Source of the DNA: Actinomycetota bacterium
Lineage (GTDB): Bacteria; Actinomycetota; Aquicultoria; Aquicultorales; JAMCWL01
Assembly (NCBI GenBank): GCA_023481285.1
Contig: JAMCWL010000103.1
Location: forward strand, 10,205-74,204
Length of the DNA stretch: 64,000 bases
Direction: 5' to 3'
The notes under the pieces are model-generated. The model ran no database searches. It saw only the letters and a list, made by a program, of their open reading frames with translations, and was not told the origin of the DNA. A program made the position numbers and the translations under genes. Shown piece by piece: positions 34,714 to 45,034 of the stretch (positions are counted from its first letter, which is position 1; each line of letters opens with the position of its first letter).

Positions 34714-34774
34714 CTACTGCCTACTGCCTGCTGCCTACTGCCTGCTGCCTACTGCCTGCTGCCTACTGCCTACT
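34714..34774. repeat. Intergenic tandem word repeat (CTACTGCC / CTGCTGCC units)
   Basis: The sequence reads ctactgcctactgcctgctgcctactgcctgctgcctactgcctgctgcctactgcctact. The ClC gene's TAG stop is one of the repeat units. Confidence 0.9.
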
Positions 34775-36007
34775 CTGATGCGACATTATCGACTCCGGAC
34801 CCGAAACGATTCTAGCAACCAATGCGGTCGCCAGGGCGGGAATGAGGGCGCTCGGTGCTCCGCTCGTCTCAACAGCGAGAACCGCTGCAGCCAGCGGTAC
34901 GTTATACCCTCCAGAAAGAAAACCGGCGATCCCGACGACCGGCATCATCTCCCGTGCTCCAAGCGGCACCAACCCTCCCCAGGCAGCGCCCGTCGAGGAA
35001 CCCATTACGACCAGGGGCCCTATGCTACCCCCGAAAGCGCCGCTCGCGATCGTCGCCACCGTAGCAGATCCTTTCAAAAAAACGAGGAGCAAAAAGACAA
35101 AAGGGTTATAGGTCAGATCGACCGCCGCTCTTACCGCCTCAAAACCGGCCCCAAGGACGAAAGGTGCTCCCGTTAACAGGAGCCCAAAAAAGGCGATGAA
35201 CCCTGTGGCGACGCCACCGAGAAGCGTCTTCAGGTAAAGCCTTACACGGCTCGAACTAAAAGACGACCTTGCCGCCTGGTAGAGAAGGATGTAGAGACGG
35301 CTACCCAAGCCGCACAGGATGCCGACGAAGAGGGCTCCGACGACATCGGCGAGAGTGAACCCTCCCATCTTCGCGACCTGAAAGAAAGGTGTCTTCCCTA
35401 CAACCGAAACCATGATGGCGTAGGCGGTAAGCGCCGAGATCAAGGCGGGAATAGCGGGCTTCGCATCGAGCGTTCTCCTGAATGGTAGCTCGAGCGCGAG
35501 CAGCGTCCCGGTAAAAGGCGCCTTAAAGGCGGCCGCGAATCCCGCCGCTACGCCGCTCATGAGGATGATCTGAAAGCTTTCACGATCCCGGGGATCAAAC
35601 TTGAACATGTTGTACAGCAACTGGCCGATCGAGCCTCCGGCGTAGATCATCGGGGCTGCTATGCCGGCGCTTCCACCAAGCCCGACGACGAGCGCGGATG
35701 AGAGTACCTTCCAGGGCGAGATCGTAAGATCGATCTCTTTCGCCGGTTCGTGGTATGCCTGGAGGACCGCATCGGTGGGATACGCAGTATCGCTTTTCGC
35801 CAGGTAAGTAAGTATCAACCCCCCGAAAAACAGGCCGGCCGCGGGAAGAACGAATATCGCCCCCGGTACGAATGCGGCCGGCAGGACTCTGCTCCAGATG
35901 AGGCTGATTGTTAAAAGATAGAAGAGCAGGACGACGAGGCCGGTGATTATGCCGACGAGTAACGCCATGAGCAGTATCGATGGATAGCTAACTCTTGCCC
36001 GCTGCAT
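34763..36007 (-). CDS. ClC-family (voltage-gated chloride channel-like) membrane protein, divergent
   Basis: 414 aa and polytopic, with ClC-like glycine-rich helix N-termini (GLGGSAGIAAP, GAFGGSIGP). Confidence 0.55.
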   Translation of the reverse strand: MQRARVSYPSILLMALLVGIITGLVVLLFYLLTISLIWSRVLPAAFVPGAIFVLPAAGLFFGGLILTYLAKSDTAYPTDAVLQAYHEPAKEIDLTISPWKVLSSALVVGLGGSAGIAAPMIYAGGSIGQLLYNMFKFDPRDRESFQIILMSGVAAGFAAAFKAPFTGTLLALELPFRRTLDAKPAIPALISALTAYAIMVSVVGKTPFFQVAKMGGFTLADVVGALFVGILCGLGSRLYILLYQAARSSFSSSRVRLYLKTLLGGVATGFIAFFGLLLTGAPFVLGAGFEAVRAAVDLTYNPFVFLLLVFLKGSATVATIASGAFGGSIGPLVVMGSSTGAAWGGLVPLGAREMMPVVGIAGFLSGGYNVPLAAAVLAVETSGAPSALIPALATALVARIVSGPESIMSHQSRQ

Positions 36008-36028
36008 ACCCTCCGTTCATTCCCAAAA

Positions 36029-36048
36029 GATAGCTATCAGCTATCAGC
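36029..36048. repeat. Intergenic tandem word repeat (AGCTATC units)
   Basis: The sequence reads gatagctatcagctatcagc. Confidence 0.8.
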
Positions 36049-36087
36049 AAGCTGTTTGAGATGCAATGATTGTCTAAGCTAGCGCAT

Positions 36088-37290
36088 TTATTCGTACCTT
36101 AGCGCCTCTATCGGGTTTTTCCTGGCCGCCCTGATGGCGGGAATGATGCCGAAGACCACTCCGACAAAAAAGGCCATGGCCAACGCGAGCCCGATCGACT
36201 GTGACGAAATGTAGGGGTGGAGATTGTCGCTAACACGACCGATAAGCCTGCTTCCCGCGAAAGCGACGCCGAGCCCTATGATCGCCCCGATGAAGCTCAA
36301 AGCAATCGCCTCCGACAAGAATTGAAAAAGAATGTTCCCGCTGGTCGCACCGACTGCTTTCCTAATCCCGATCTCGCGCGTCCGTTCCGTAACCGAGACG
36401 AGCATCATGTTCATAATGCCTATGCCGCCCACAACTAATGAGATCGCGGCGATGCTCGCAATCATGGCCGTGAAGGCGTCGATTACCCTGCTGGCGGTAT
36501 TTAAAATGTCCCGTTGGGTAAGTACCGAAAAGTCCTCAACGCCGCCGTGATTTTTCTTGACCTCCTTTACGATCTCTTCTTTCACGTCCTCGGGGTTCCT
36601 CCCGCTCCGTACGGTCGCAGCTATCCTGGCGATCGTCGTCGAGCCGAGCAGGCCGTTCGCCGTCGTAAAGGGGATCATCACCATGGTATCGAAATTCGCC
36701 CCACCCAAGGATGATGTCGGAGGCGCCTTCTGCAAGACGCCGACGACCTTGAAGGGTTTCTCCTTGATGATAATTGTTTTTCCGACCGCATCTCCACCCG
36801 GGAAAAGAACGCTGCTGGGTCCGGCTCCGACTATGGCGACCGGCGCGCTTTTATCGACTTCGCTTTTGGAAAGAAAGCGACCCCGCTCCATTTTCAAGTT
36901 CAATATCCCGAGCGTCACGTCGCTCACCCCGATATTCAGCGCCGTCGAGTCGGTCCGTCCGTCTCCCGCCGCAACGTTCGAGATTATGACGAGGGGCGAG
37001 ACGTCCTTCACTGCGGCAAGTCCCTTTATCGTACTAACGTCCTTCGCCGTCAGAACCGATGACAAAGTTCCCGGGCTGAAGAAACGTCCCGGTTGGACCT
37101 TTCCTGGAAGTACGAAGACGATGTTCGAGCCGAGGCCCTCGATCGACTTCGCGACATCCCGCTTCGCACCCTCAGCGATGGCGAGAATAAGGATGACGGA
37201 GCCCACTCCAATAATAATCCCCAGCATGGTCAAGAAAGACCTCCCCTTATTGATTGCGATCGAACTGAAGGCCATTCGCAAGTTCGCCAT
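36088..37290 (-). CDS. ABC transporter permease, MacB/FtsX type
   Basis: MacB_PCD-like periplasmic domain plus a C-terminal FtsX 3-TM block. Confidence 0.85.
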   Translation of the reverse strand: MANLRMAFSSIAINKGRSFLTMLGIIIGVGSVILILAIAEGAKRDVAKSIEGLGSNIVFVLPGKVQPGRFFSPGTLSSVLTAKDVSTIKGLAAVKDVSPLVIISNVAAGDGRTDSTALNIGVSDVTLGILNLKMERGRFLSKSEVDKSAPVAIVGAGPSSVLFPGGDAVGKTIIIKEKPFKVVGVLQKAPPTSSLGGANFDTMVMIPFTTANGLLGSTTIARIAATVRSGRNPEDVKEEIVKEVKKNHGGVEDFSVLTQRDILNTASRVIDAFTAMIASIAAISLVVGGIGIMNMMLVSVTERTREIGIRKAVGATSGNILFQFLSEAIALSFIGAIIGLGVAFAGSRLIGRVSDNLHPYISSQSIGLALAMAFFVGVVFGIIPAIRAARKNPIEALRYE

Positions 37291-37968
37291 CTACCGGGAA
37301 GCCTCCTGGACAACACCGTCGAATATTCTGACTTGCCGCTTTGCAAAAGCGGCTATCTGCGCGTTGTGGGTTACGAGAATGATCGTTCGCCCACTGCGAT
37401 TGAGCGACGCCAAAACATTGAGGATATCCTTGCCCGTCTTCGAATCCAGGTTACCGGTCGGCTCGTCGGCGAGTATGACGTCCGGGTCATTGATGAGCGC
37501 CCGCGCTATCGCAACGCGCTGGACTTCCCCACCGGAAAGCTTGTCCGGAGTACGGTCGGCCTTCTCCTCCAGCCCGACCGCCCGCAGCGCGGCCATGACC
37601 CTTTCATAGCGCTCAGATGCCGGAACGCCGGCATAGACCATCGGCAGCTCGGCGTTGCGAAAGACGGTCAGCCTGGGGATGAGGTTGAACATCTGGAAGA
37701 CGAAGCCTATTCGCCCGCCTCTCAGCTTTGCGAGCTCCCTCTCTCTCTTCTTTTCGACGGCCTCACCGGCGAAGAGGTAGCTGCCGCTGGTCGGCCTGTC
37801 GAGCCCGCCGATAATGTTGAGAAGCGTCGTCTTTCCGGAGCCGGACGGCCCCATGATGGCGATTATTATTGGAGTTTCAACCGATAGATTTACATTCTTG
37901 AGGACATAGGTCTTGCCGTTCCCGCTGTCGTAAGCTTTGGAAACATCCTTCAGCTCGATCAAGGCCAT
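37291..37968 (-). CDS. ABC transporter ATP-binding protein (MacB/LolD-like)
   Basis: Walker A GPSGSGKTT, signature LSGGEVQRVAIARAL and Walker B ILADEPTGNLD. Confidence 0.9.
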   Translation of the reverse strand: MALIELKDVSKAYDSGNGKTYVLKNVNLSVETPIIIAIMGPSGSGKTTLLNIIGGLDRPTSGSYLFAGEAVEKKRERELAKLRGGRIGFVFQMFNLIPRLTVFRNAELPMVYAGVPASERYERVMAALRAVGLEEKADRTPDKLSGGEVQRVAIARALINDPDVILADEPTGNLDSKTGKDILNVLASLNRSGRTIILVTHNAQIAAFAKRQVRIFDGVVQEASR

Positions 37969-37974
37969 AAACTC

Positions 37975-39192
37975 CTACCATACCCTGTATCTGCCTTCGG
38001 CCAGGTCAGCGATGAACACCGCCATCTCCGAGAGTTCGAGATCTATTATCTCGGCGACCTTGTCGGCCACCGCCGAGTAGGCGACCCCGGGCTTGAGAAT
38101 CAGTTGAGCCGAGGCGACCCTCGGCTCATCCACCGGCCGGCCTATCTGGCTTGCCAACCAGACGTATACCTCGGCCACCCCTTCTACACCCAGGTATATC
38201 TCGTTTGCGATCCGGTGGGCCAGAATGCTGTATATCTTGCCCACGTGACTCGTCGGATTCTTGCCGGCCGCCGCCTCCATGCCCGACGGCCTGTTAAGCG
38301 CGATCACGCCGTTGACCCGATTCCCTCGCCCGACCTCCCCGGAATCGGCGTCCTCGGCCGACGTCCCCGTCACCGAGAGGTAGATACCCCCCATCCCTCG
38401 GCCCTTTTTATCGAGCGTATTGAGCTCGATCTTTATTGATTCGAGGGGACCCAGGTTGCGCCGAGCAAACTTGGTAATCTCTTCGCCGACCGCCTCCTTG
38501 ATAGACCAGTATTCCGCCTCATTTTCAACAAAGCGGTCGATGAGCGGGAGAGCAATCGTGAGAAGCAGCTCTCCCTTCACGCGAAAACCCATCACCTTGA
38601 CGTCTTCTCCGGCGGCCGGGTGCACCTCTTTAAAGCCGACGGAGTTTATATAACGCTCGGTCTCGAGGACGAGCTTCTCGGTGACGGTGAGCGGCGCATA
38701 CCCCACAGCCGCCGACGTATCGTTGGCGCTCATCAAGCGATCGCCGCGTTCGAAGATATCGGTGAGCTCGGTCGATCCGGGCCGCAAGGCCGTCTCGATC
38801 ACCACGTCTTTTTGGGGATCGACGAAACGGAGATTCTCGCGTACCCAACGTCGTGCGGTCTCTTCGACTATCGCCTGAACGTCAATGCTGTCCCCACCAA
38901 AATTGAAGGTCGCTCGGTCACCCACGATCAGCCTCATCGGCACGTCAACGCTCCCGCCCCCGAACAAGCGAGTCACCTCGCCGGCGATCAAGAGCCCCTT
39001 GTCGATGTTATGGTGAAGTATCTTGTCGAAGCGTGCCAGATACTCGCGGCTTAGCGCGATCGATATCTCCTCCATCACCGCGTCACAGATGGAGTCCGGA
39101 TGCCCAACCCCCTTGCGCTCAACTATCTCGACCTGGTGTGCAGAGACGGGGGGCTGCTTCATATCCTCGACAATTATCTGCCTGCTCTTCAC
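37975..39192 (-). CDS. mat: Archaeal-type S-adenosylmethionine synthetase (MAT, PF01941-like)
   Basis: [32 protein letters not shown] and [21 protein letters not shown]...[12 protein letters not shown] match what I recall of Methanocaldococcus MAT. Confidence 0.85.
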   Translation of the reverse strand: MKSRQIIVEDMKQPPVSAHQVEIVERKGVGHPDSICDAVMEEISIALSREYLARFDKILHHNIDKGLLIAGEVTRLFGGGSVDVPMRLIVGDRATFNFGGDSIDVQAIVEETARRWVRENLRFVDPQKDVVIETALRPGSTELTDIFERGDRLMSANDTSAAVGYAPLTVTEKLVLETERYINSVGFKEVHPAAGEDVKVMGFRVKGELLLTIALPLIDRFVENEAEYWSIKEAVGEEITKFARRNLGPLESIKIELNTLDKKGRGMGGIYLSVTGTSAEDADSGEVGRGNRVNGVIALNRPSGMEAAAGKNPTSHVGKIYSILAHRIANEIYLGVEGVAEVYVWLASQIGRPVDEPRVASAQLILKPGVAYSAVADKVAEIIDLELSEMAVFIADLAEGRYRVW

Positions 39193-39263
39193 AGCGCACC
39201 TCCAACAAAACCGGCACCTCGATTCTTATTCCTTGAGATTTAAAAGTGGAAACAGAAAAGGGC

Positions 39264-39294
39264 AGACATTAGACGTTAGACATTAGACATTAGC
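39264..39294. repeat. Intergenic tandem word repeat (GACATTA units)
   Basis: The sequence reads agacattagacgttagacattagacattagc. Confidence 0.9.
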
Positions 39295-39525
39295 TAGTGG
39301 CTGTTTCGAGCTTCGAGAGAACCTAGCGCCTTGCGGTATATCTCGTCGTCCTCGAGAGCCAGTGCGATCTTGAAATGACGGCGAGCGATATCTCGCTTGC
39401 CCAAGTGGAAGTTGCTAAGTCCGAGCCCATAATGGGCATAGTGATTGGTCGGATTAGATAACGGCTTGCGTGCTGGGGGCTTCTTCCCTAATATATAGAA
39501 GAATTTTAGCGGACAGGAGTTTTAC

Positions 39526-40821
39526 TTGGCCGAAATTAGACCGTTCAAAGGAATCCTCTACGACCCCCAGAAGATCGATGGATATGCCAGCGTCGTAGCC
39601 CCTCCGTACGACGTCATATCGAGAGAGGAGCAATCGGCACTCCTAAGACGACACAAATTCAACGTGGTGAGGCTTATCCTCCCGCAGTCGATGCCCGGCG
39701 ATAGTCCGGCGGGTAACATGTACACGCGGGCGGCGTCGCTTTTTGCGGCATGGCTTAACAAGGGAGTGCTTACCCGTGACGAAGTTCCCGCCATCTACAT
39801 CTACGAGCAAGAGTACCTCTTCCAGGATCAAACAAAGCGCCGGACAGGCTTTATAGCGCTCGCCAAGATCGAGGACTTTGCGTCGGGAAAGATCAAGGCT
39901 CATGAGCGGACGCTTGCCGGACCTAAAGCGGATCGCTTAAACCTTCTCAGGGCTACCAAGGCGAATCTAAGCCAGGTCTTCAGCCTTTACTCAGACCCCG
40001 AAAGCGAGGTCGAGAGGGCGCTTACCGGATGTCTTTCAAGATCACCCCTCATGGATTTTTCCTTCCACTCGGTCGGCCAGAGACTTTGGAGGGTTACCGA
40101 CCCCGAAGTCATCACCCGAGTCACCGCCCTCATGACAGACAAGCCCCTTTTCATCGCCGACGGCCATCACAGGTACGAGACGGCGCTCAATTACCGGAAC
40201 GAGATGAGAGAGCGGACTGGAAAAAAGAGCGGCGATGCCCCATTCGATTACGTAATGATGATGTTCGTCAATATGAATGCGGACGAATTGACCATCCTAC
40301 CTACACACAGGGTGCTCAAGAACCTTCCCAAAATCAACGAAGAAAAGTTTAGACTTAATCTCGCGCACTTTTTCGAAGTGACGCCGGCCGGCTCGCTCGA
40401 GGCGTTGATCTCCTCGATGGCCGAGCGAGAGAGCGAGCACGCCATGGGTGCCTATATAGGTCGAAATAGTTACACGCTCCTTACAGTAAAAGATGAAGAC
40501 CTCGTTCAGGCGGCGCTCGACGGTGAACACTCGCGCGACTGGAAGTTGCTGGACGTGACCATCTTACACGGCCTTGTGATCGGCCGGGTTCTCGGGCTCA
40601 AGGGAACGAACATGGAGAACGGTATCAACTTCACGATCGCGGAGAAAGAGGCCGTCAAGCTGGTCGATGGGGGAAGCTACCAGGCGGCGTTCTTTCTCAA
40701 CCCGACCAGGATTTCGCAGATTAGGGCGGTGGCCGACCGCGGGGAGACGATGCCCCAGAAATCGACCTACTTCTACCCCAAGCTCTTGAGCGGATTGGTT
40801 TTCAACAAGCTTGAGGGGTAA
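39526..40821 (+). CDS. DUF1015 domain-containing protein
   Basis: MAEIRPFKGILYDP...VVAPPYDVISREEQ and FIADGHHRYETAL are typical of DUF1015. Confidence 0.8.
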   Translation: MAEIRPFKGILYDPQKIDGYASVVAPPYDVISREEQSALLRRHKFNVVRLILPQSMPGDSPAGNMYTRAASLFAAWLNKGVLTRDEVPAIYIYEQEYLFQDQTKRRTGFIALAKIEDFASGKIKAHERTLAGPKADRLNLLRATKANLSQVFSLYSDPESEVERALTGCLSRSPLMDFSFHSVGQRLWRVTDPEVITRVTALMTDKPLFIADGHHRYETALNYRNEMRERTGKKSGDAPFDYVMMMFVNMNADELTILPTHRVLKNLPKINEEKFRLNLAHFFEVTPAGSLEALISSMAERESEHAMGAYIGRNSYTLLTVKDEDLVQAALDGEHSRDWKLLDVTILHGLVIGRVLGLKGTNMENGINFTIAEKEAVKLVDGGSYQAAFFLNPTRISQIRAVADRGETMPQKSTYFYPKLLSGLVFNKLEG

Positions 40822-40980
40822 GGCTTTGAATTCCGCGGCGAACTTCAGCTTGTTCTGACCCGAACGGACCAAGTGGAATGTGATCGAGCCATTGACAGCT
40901 CCTTTGCTTTCATAATGCTTTTCTGACAATATATACAATATATAAAAGTAATCGCCAACCTGTTCTAAAATGGAGGCGAT

Positions 40981-42585
40981 GTGGCTAAAGCTATGAACAA
41001 AGCGCCGGGCAAGCGTCCGGACGAGAAACCGGCTGTGCAAAAAGCCAACGAAGAACCCCTTGAGAGAGTATCAAATTGGTTGAAAGCACAGGTCACGCCC
41101 CTTAACCTAGCACTAGCCGTTGTTGTACTTCTCGGTATCATCCTACGCGCCTATCGTCTCACCGAACCATTTGGCGGCTTTCACGCATTTAACGAGGCCT
41201 TTTACTTGTCGACCGCTCAAAAGTATCTTGACAAGGGCCTTCTATCGCTCATCTTCTCGCCAAACGATTACAATAATCCACCCTTCTACTCCCTATTGCT
41301 GGTCATCTCCTTTAAGCTTTTCGGAGTAAGCGAGGCAGCGGCCAGGGGCGTCTCCGTGGCGGCGAGCGTCCTGTCAATCATCTACCTTTATAAGCTCGTG
41401 AAAACCATCTACAACGAGAAAATCGGTCTGATGGCGGCGGTCATCTTCGCTTTCTCCCCCGGCGCGGCTCTCATAGGACGAAATGTGCAGTTGGAGGCGG
41501 TTCTCGTTCTCCTGATACTCTCATCGGCCTACTACTACGTCCGGGGCATTAAAGAGAACAGGCCGCTTCTAACCGGGATCGGCGGGGCTCTTCTGGGGCT
41601 CGGCCTGGTTACCAAAGTGCCCGCTATACTTTCGATTCCCGCCATTGCCGCCTGGGAGACCTGGCGCAGGCGAAGCCTGAGATGGGTACTGGATAAGACT
41701 ACGCTGGCCTTTGCGGGTGCTTTTGTCGCCTTCGGCTTCCCCTGGTATCTCTTTCAGCTCGTCACAAACTGGGGCAACTTCATCGGGGCGCAGGCGCACC
41801 TCGCCTCGACCTTCCAGATGCCGGGCGCTAACTTCATGAGGTACGCTTTCTACGACGAGTTGGTCTGGATGCTCTCGCCCCCAATCTTCTACGCATCTCT
41901 AGTGGCGACCGCCTGGATGCTCTATAAGAGACAGCCATCAGACATACTTGTCCTGTTAATTACGCTCGTCAACCTGGTTTTTTATACCTTCTACCACTTC
42001 CACACATACTACTTGATCCCGGTCGCGCCCCTCGCAGCCGTCGCCGTCGCCCGGGGAGCGTACTCGCTTCGGATAATCTCCTGGAAGAGAATCGCCATAA
42101 CGTCAGTCTGCCTCGCCACCCTATCCATCTTCTTCTCCCTCCTGCTTCTGGGAGGACAGAAGTATGGCAAAAGCTCCTTCGCCAACCTCGAGAGCGACCT
42201 CGGAGCAGATCCCGACAAGCTGACGATCGGGGTGAGTAAGATCGTGATGGATAATACGGGACCCGTTCTCAAGCAGTACGTAAAGCGAGCCAAACTTATC
42301 AACTATCCGCCCTCGCCCGGGGAAAAACCAGGGCAGGAAGGGCCTACCTTCATCCTCGACCTCAGAAGCACCGACATCAAGGACGTCGTACCCTACGCTA
42401 TCCTTCCCGAGCAGCAGTCCAGGATTATTTTGTTCGGCTACGCTTTCAGCCAGTCCCCGCCCAGACGCCACTTCTTCACCAACGGAGAGATTTTCGTTGA
42501 AAGGGTTGGGTCGCTCACCGATTTTGGGCTGGATGAGATGGTCGTGCGCAGCCCGTACACCGTCTACGTGCCGAGAAAACTGTAG
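40981..42585 (+). CDS. GT39/ArnT-like membrane glycosyltransferase (paralogue 2)
   Basis: 534 aa and polytopic. The N-terminal third matches the PMT_2 pattern. The start may be the ATG at 40993. Confidence 0.7.
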   Translation: MAKAMNKAPGKRPDEKPAVQKANEEPLERVSNWLKAQVTPLNLALAVVVLLGIILRAYRLTEPFGGFHAFNEAFYLSTAQKYLDKGLLSLIFSPNDYNNPPFYSLLLVISFKLFGVSEAAARGVSVAASVLSIIYLYKLVKTIYNEKIGLMAAVIFAFSPGAALIGRNVQLEAVLVLLILSSAYYYVRGIKENRPLLTGIGGALLGLGLVTKVPAILSIPAIAAWETWRRRSLRWVLDKTTLAFAGAFVAFGFPWYLFQLVTNWGNFIGAQAHLASTFQMPGANFMRYAFYDELVWMLSPPIFYASLVATAWMLYKRQPSDILVLLITLVNLVFYTFYHFHTYYLIPVAPLAAVAVARGAYSLRIISWKRIAITSVCLATLSIFFSLLLLGGQKYGKSSFANLESDLGADPDKLTIGVSKIVMDNTGPVLKQYVKRAKLINYPPSPGEKPGQEGPTFILDLRSTDIKDVVPYAILPEQQSRIILFGYAFSQSPPRRHFFTNGEIFVERVGSLTDFGLDEMVVRSPYTVYVPRKL

Positions 42586-42608
42586 AAGCACGCCGGTGGC
42601 GTGCTTCT
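42584..42608 (+). repeat. REP-like hairpin overlapping the GT39 stop codon
   Basis: The sequence reads agaagcacgccggtggcgtgcttct, followed by gtaccttagtaccttg. Confidence 0.7.
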
Positions 42609-42683
42609 GTACCTTAGTACCTTGTTTATATGCGGTTAAGAGGTGGACGCTCTTGGCAGAGGTATTGATGAACCAAGATATAC

Positions 42684-43814
42684 TTATCCCTTGAGCTCTA
42701 CGTCATCATCGATATCGGGTCTCGCTTTAACGTGCTCCAGGATGTTGTAGCCGGTGGGCGCGTTACCCACCATCTGCTTGAGTTCATTCGAGTCGGGCGA
42801 CTTGGAAAGGGCCTCATCGAGCGTCACCCGCCGATTATTAACCAGGTTTGCCAGCGATTTGTTCATCGTTATCATTCCGTGGCTCGATCCAGTCTGCAGC
42901 AATTGGCCCAGTTGAAAGGTCTTGCCCTCCCGGATGAGGTTCCTCACGGCGGGCGTCGCCACCATGATTTCAAAGGCGCCGATCCTTCCCTTTCCGTCGA
43001 TTCTCTTCAAGAGAACCTGTGATACTACCCCTATAAGATTGACCGAGAGCTGCATCCTGATCTGCTCCTGCTGGTGTGGTGGGAATACGTCGATAATTCG
43101 ATCGACCGTTTGAATAGCGCTGGACGTATGGAGCGTGGCCAGCGCCAGGTGGCCGGTCTCGGCGGCCGTGATGGTAAGCGAGATGGTTTCAAGATCGCGC
43201 ATCTCGCCCACGAGGATGACGTCAGGATCCTGGCGCAGGACCGATTTCAAGGCCCTCGCAAATGAGACGGTGTCCGGTCCCACCTGGCGCTGGTTAATAA
43301 GCGCCAGCTTATCATGGTGAACGTACTCGACGGGATCCTCTATCGTCACGACATGGCACTCCTCGTTCTCATTCCGATGCCTGATAAGGGCGGCCAGCGT
43401 CGTCGTCTTGCCGCAACCCGTGGGTCCCGTAACCAGCACCAAGCCACGCGGGCGCATAGCGAACGACTTGCACAGCTCAGGCAGGCTCAATTCGTCGCAG
43501 GTCGGCACTACGGCAGGGATCCTTCGAAGCACCATCCCATTCGAGCCGCGCTGGCGAAAGACGTTCACCCGGAAGCGACAGAGCCCCTTGAGCTCGTAGG
43601 CCAGGTCGAGCTCCAGATCACGCTCGAACCTGGCGAACATTTCATCCCCCGTAATTTGGCGAATCAGCTCAACGGTGTCCTGGGGCGAAAGCTTTCCCTC
43701 GCCCACGGGCGACAGATCCCCATGGACCTTGAATAGAGGAGGGGCTCCCACCTTGATTATCACGTCGGAGGCGTCCGCCTCGTGGCTTCTCACAAGCAAA
43801 TCCATTACGTTCAT
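42684..43814 (-). CDS. pilT: Type IV pilus retraction ATPase, PilT family
   Basis: Walker A GPTGCGKTTTLAA, Asp box, His box, and the PilT AIRNLIRE-like motif (AVRNLIREGK). Confidence 0.85.
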   Translation of the reverse strand: MNVMDLLVRSHEADASDVIIKVGAPPLFKVHGDLSPVGEGKLSPQDTVELIRQITGDEMFARFERDLELDLAYELKGLCRFRVNVFRQRGSNGMVLRRIPAVVPTCDELSLPELCKSFAMRPRGLVLVTGPTGCGKTTTLAALIRHRNENEECHVVTIEDPVEYVHHDKLALINQRQVGPDTVSFARALKSVLRQDPDVILVGEMRDLETISLTITAAETGHLALATLHTSSAIQTVDRIIDVFPPHQQEQIRMQLSVNLIGVVSQVLLKRIDGKGRIGAFEIMVATPAVRNLIREGKTFQLGQLLQTGSSHGMITMNKSLANLVNNRRVTLDEALSKSPDSNELKQMVGNAPTGYNILEHVKARPDIDDDVELKG

Positions 43815-44950
43815 GTGAGTTGACCCTTTATGCTAAATGCCGTGGTTTGACGGCGCCTGCCCACCAAGGCGCTGAACTCATTAGGGTTTGATGACTTGGC
43901 GATCGCCTCATCGAATTCGACGATATCCTGGATGACCAGGAAGGAGAGACTGTCGTCGAGCAGGCGCATGCCCATCTCACCGCCCGTCTGGATGAGAGAG
44001 TATATCTGGTGCGTCTTTCCTTCTCTGATGAGGTTGCGCACGCCCGCATGGCAGACGAGAACTTCAAACGCCGCCACTCGCCCGTTACCTTCCTTCTTGG
44101 GTAGCAGGGTCTGTGAGACAACCGCCTGAAGGGTCATTCCGAGCTGCATCCTGATCTGTGATTGCTGGTTCGGCGGAAAGACGTCTATCATACGGTCGAT
44201 CGTCTGTGCGGCGTCCGTCGTGTGAAGCGTCGCAAAGACGAGATGCCCGGTCTCCGCGGCGGTGACCGCGAGCGAGATCGTCTCAAGATCACGCAGCTCG
44301 CCAACGAGGATGATATCCGGGGCCTGGCGCATGACGTGCTTCAGGGCCTCCGCGAAGGATCGGGTGTCCGCCCCGAGCTCGCGCTGGTTTATGGTGGATC
44401 TCTTGTCCATATGCAAGAATTCAATTGGATCCTCGATCGTCATGATGTGGCTCGTCCTTGACGTGTTGATATAATCGATCATCGCGGCCAGAGAGGTCGA
44501 TTTTCCCGACCCGGTCGGCCCGGTAACGAGAACGATCCCGCGTGGGAGATCGCAAAATTCTTTGACAACCGGGGGTAAGCCGAGATCGTCAACGGTCGAT
44601 ATCTTAAAAGGTATGACTCTAAAGACGGCTCCCAGATGACCGCTCTGGTGAAAAGCGTTCACCCTAAACCTAGCCAATCCCGCTACCGAGTAAGCGAGAT
44701 CGAGCTCGAGCTCCTTATCCATCGCCCGCCATTGCCCTTCGCTCAAGACCTTTGAAAGGAGCGCCTGCATGTTTTCATCCGTCAGCGGCGGTAGGTTTTC
44801 GCGTATGAGGCGCCCGTGGATTCGCACGACCGGTGGCTCGCCAACCTTTAAATGCAGGTCGGAACCGGTTTTCTGGACGAGGTCGGTCAGCAGAACATCT
44901 ATGTCGAGGATGGTTTTACCGGGAGAACCGACCGAAATCGTTGAATCCAA
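43811..44950 (-). CDS. pilT: Type IV pilus retraction ATPase, PilT/PilU family (second copy)
   Basis: GPTGSGKSTSLAA and GVRNLIREGK are present. It overlaps the downstream copy by 4 nt. Confidence 0.85.
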   Translation of the reverse strand: MDSTISVGSPGKTILDIDVLLTDLVQKTGSDLHLKVGEPPVVRIHGRLIRENLPPLTDENMQALLSKVLSEGQWRAMDKELELDLAYSVAGLARFRVNAFHQSGHLGAVFRVIPFKISTVDDLGLPPVVKEFCDLPRGIVLVTGPTGSGKSTSLAAMIDYINTSRTSHIMTIEDPIEFLHMDKRSTINQRELGADTRSFAEALKHVMRQAPDIILVGELRDLETISLAVTAAETGHLVFATLHTTDAAQTIDRMIDVFPPNQQSQIRMQLGMTLQAVVSQTLLPKKEGNGRVAAFEVLVCHAGVRNLIREGKTHQIYSLIQTGGEMGMRLLDDSLSFLVIQDIVEFDEAIAKSSNPNEFSALVGRRRQTTAFSIKGQLT

Positions 44951-45034
44951 AGCGCAAGCCTCCTCGCGAAGAGATTAAAACCCAGGTTATTTTATCGACA
45001 CTAAACGGCCGGAAGTTTAGCCGGCAAGGGAGAA

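Noticed and set aside
34560-34762. A yybP-ykoY (Mn2+) riboswitch upstream of the GDT1/UPF0016 transporter gene
   Set aside because: The gene context is right, but I find only loose resemblances (GGGGAUAUAG, UUAGACAGUAG) to the conserved GGGGAGUAG and GAGACA loops. Part of the region is the CTACTGCC tandem repeat. A covariance-model scan is needed before making this call.
39193-39300. A SAM riboswitch in the leader of the archaeal-type MAT gene
   Set aside because: The leader is only about 100 nt, a third of it is the GACATTA tandem repeat, and I could not find conserved SAM-I, SAM-II or SAM-SAH cores.
39310-39500. A minus-strand TPR-like reading frame (..NHYAHYGLGLSNFHLGKRDIARRHFKIALALEDDEIYRKALGSLEARNSH*)
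   Set aside because: It looks like one TPR unit, but the open frame has no ATG, GTG or TTG start before the motif and no RBS. It also overlaps the DUF1015 promoter and start region. It is probably a gene relic and is not reported as a CDS.
40564-41040. A 158-aa minus-strand ORF spanning the DUF1015 3' end and the GT39 5' region
   Set aside because: It overlaps two convincing plus-strand genes and the intergenic promoter region, and it has no domain signature.
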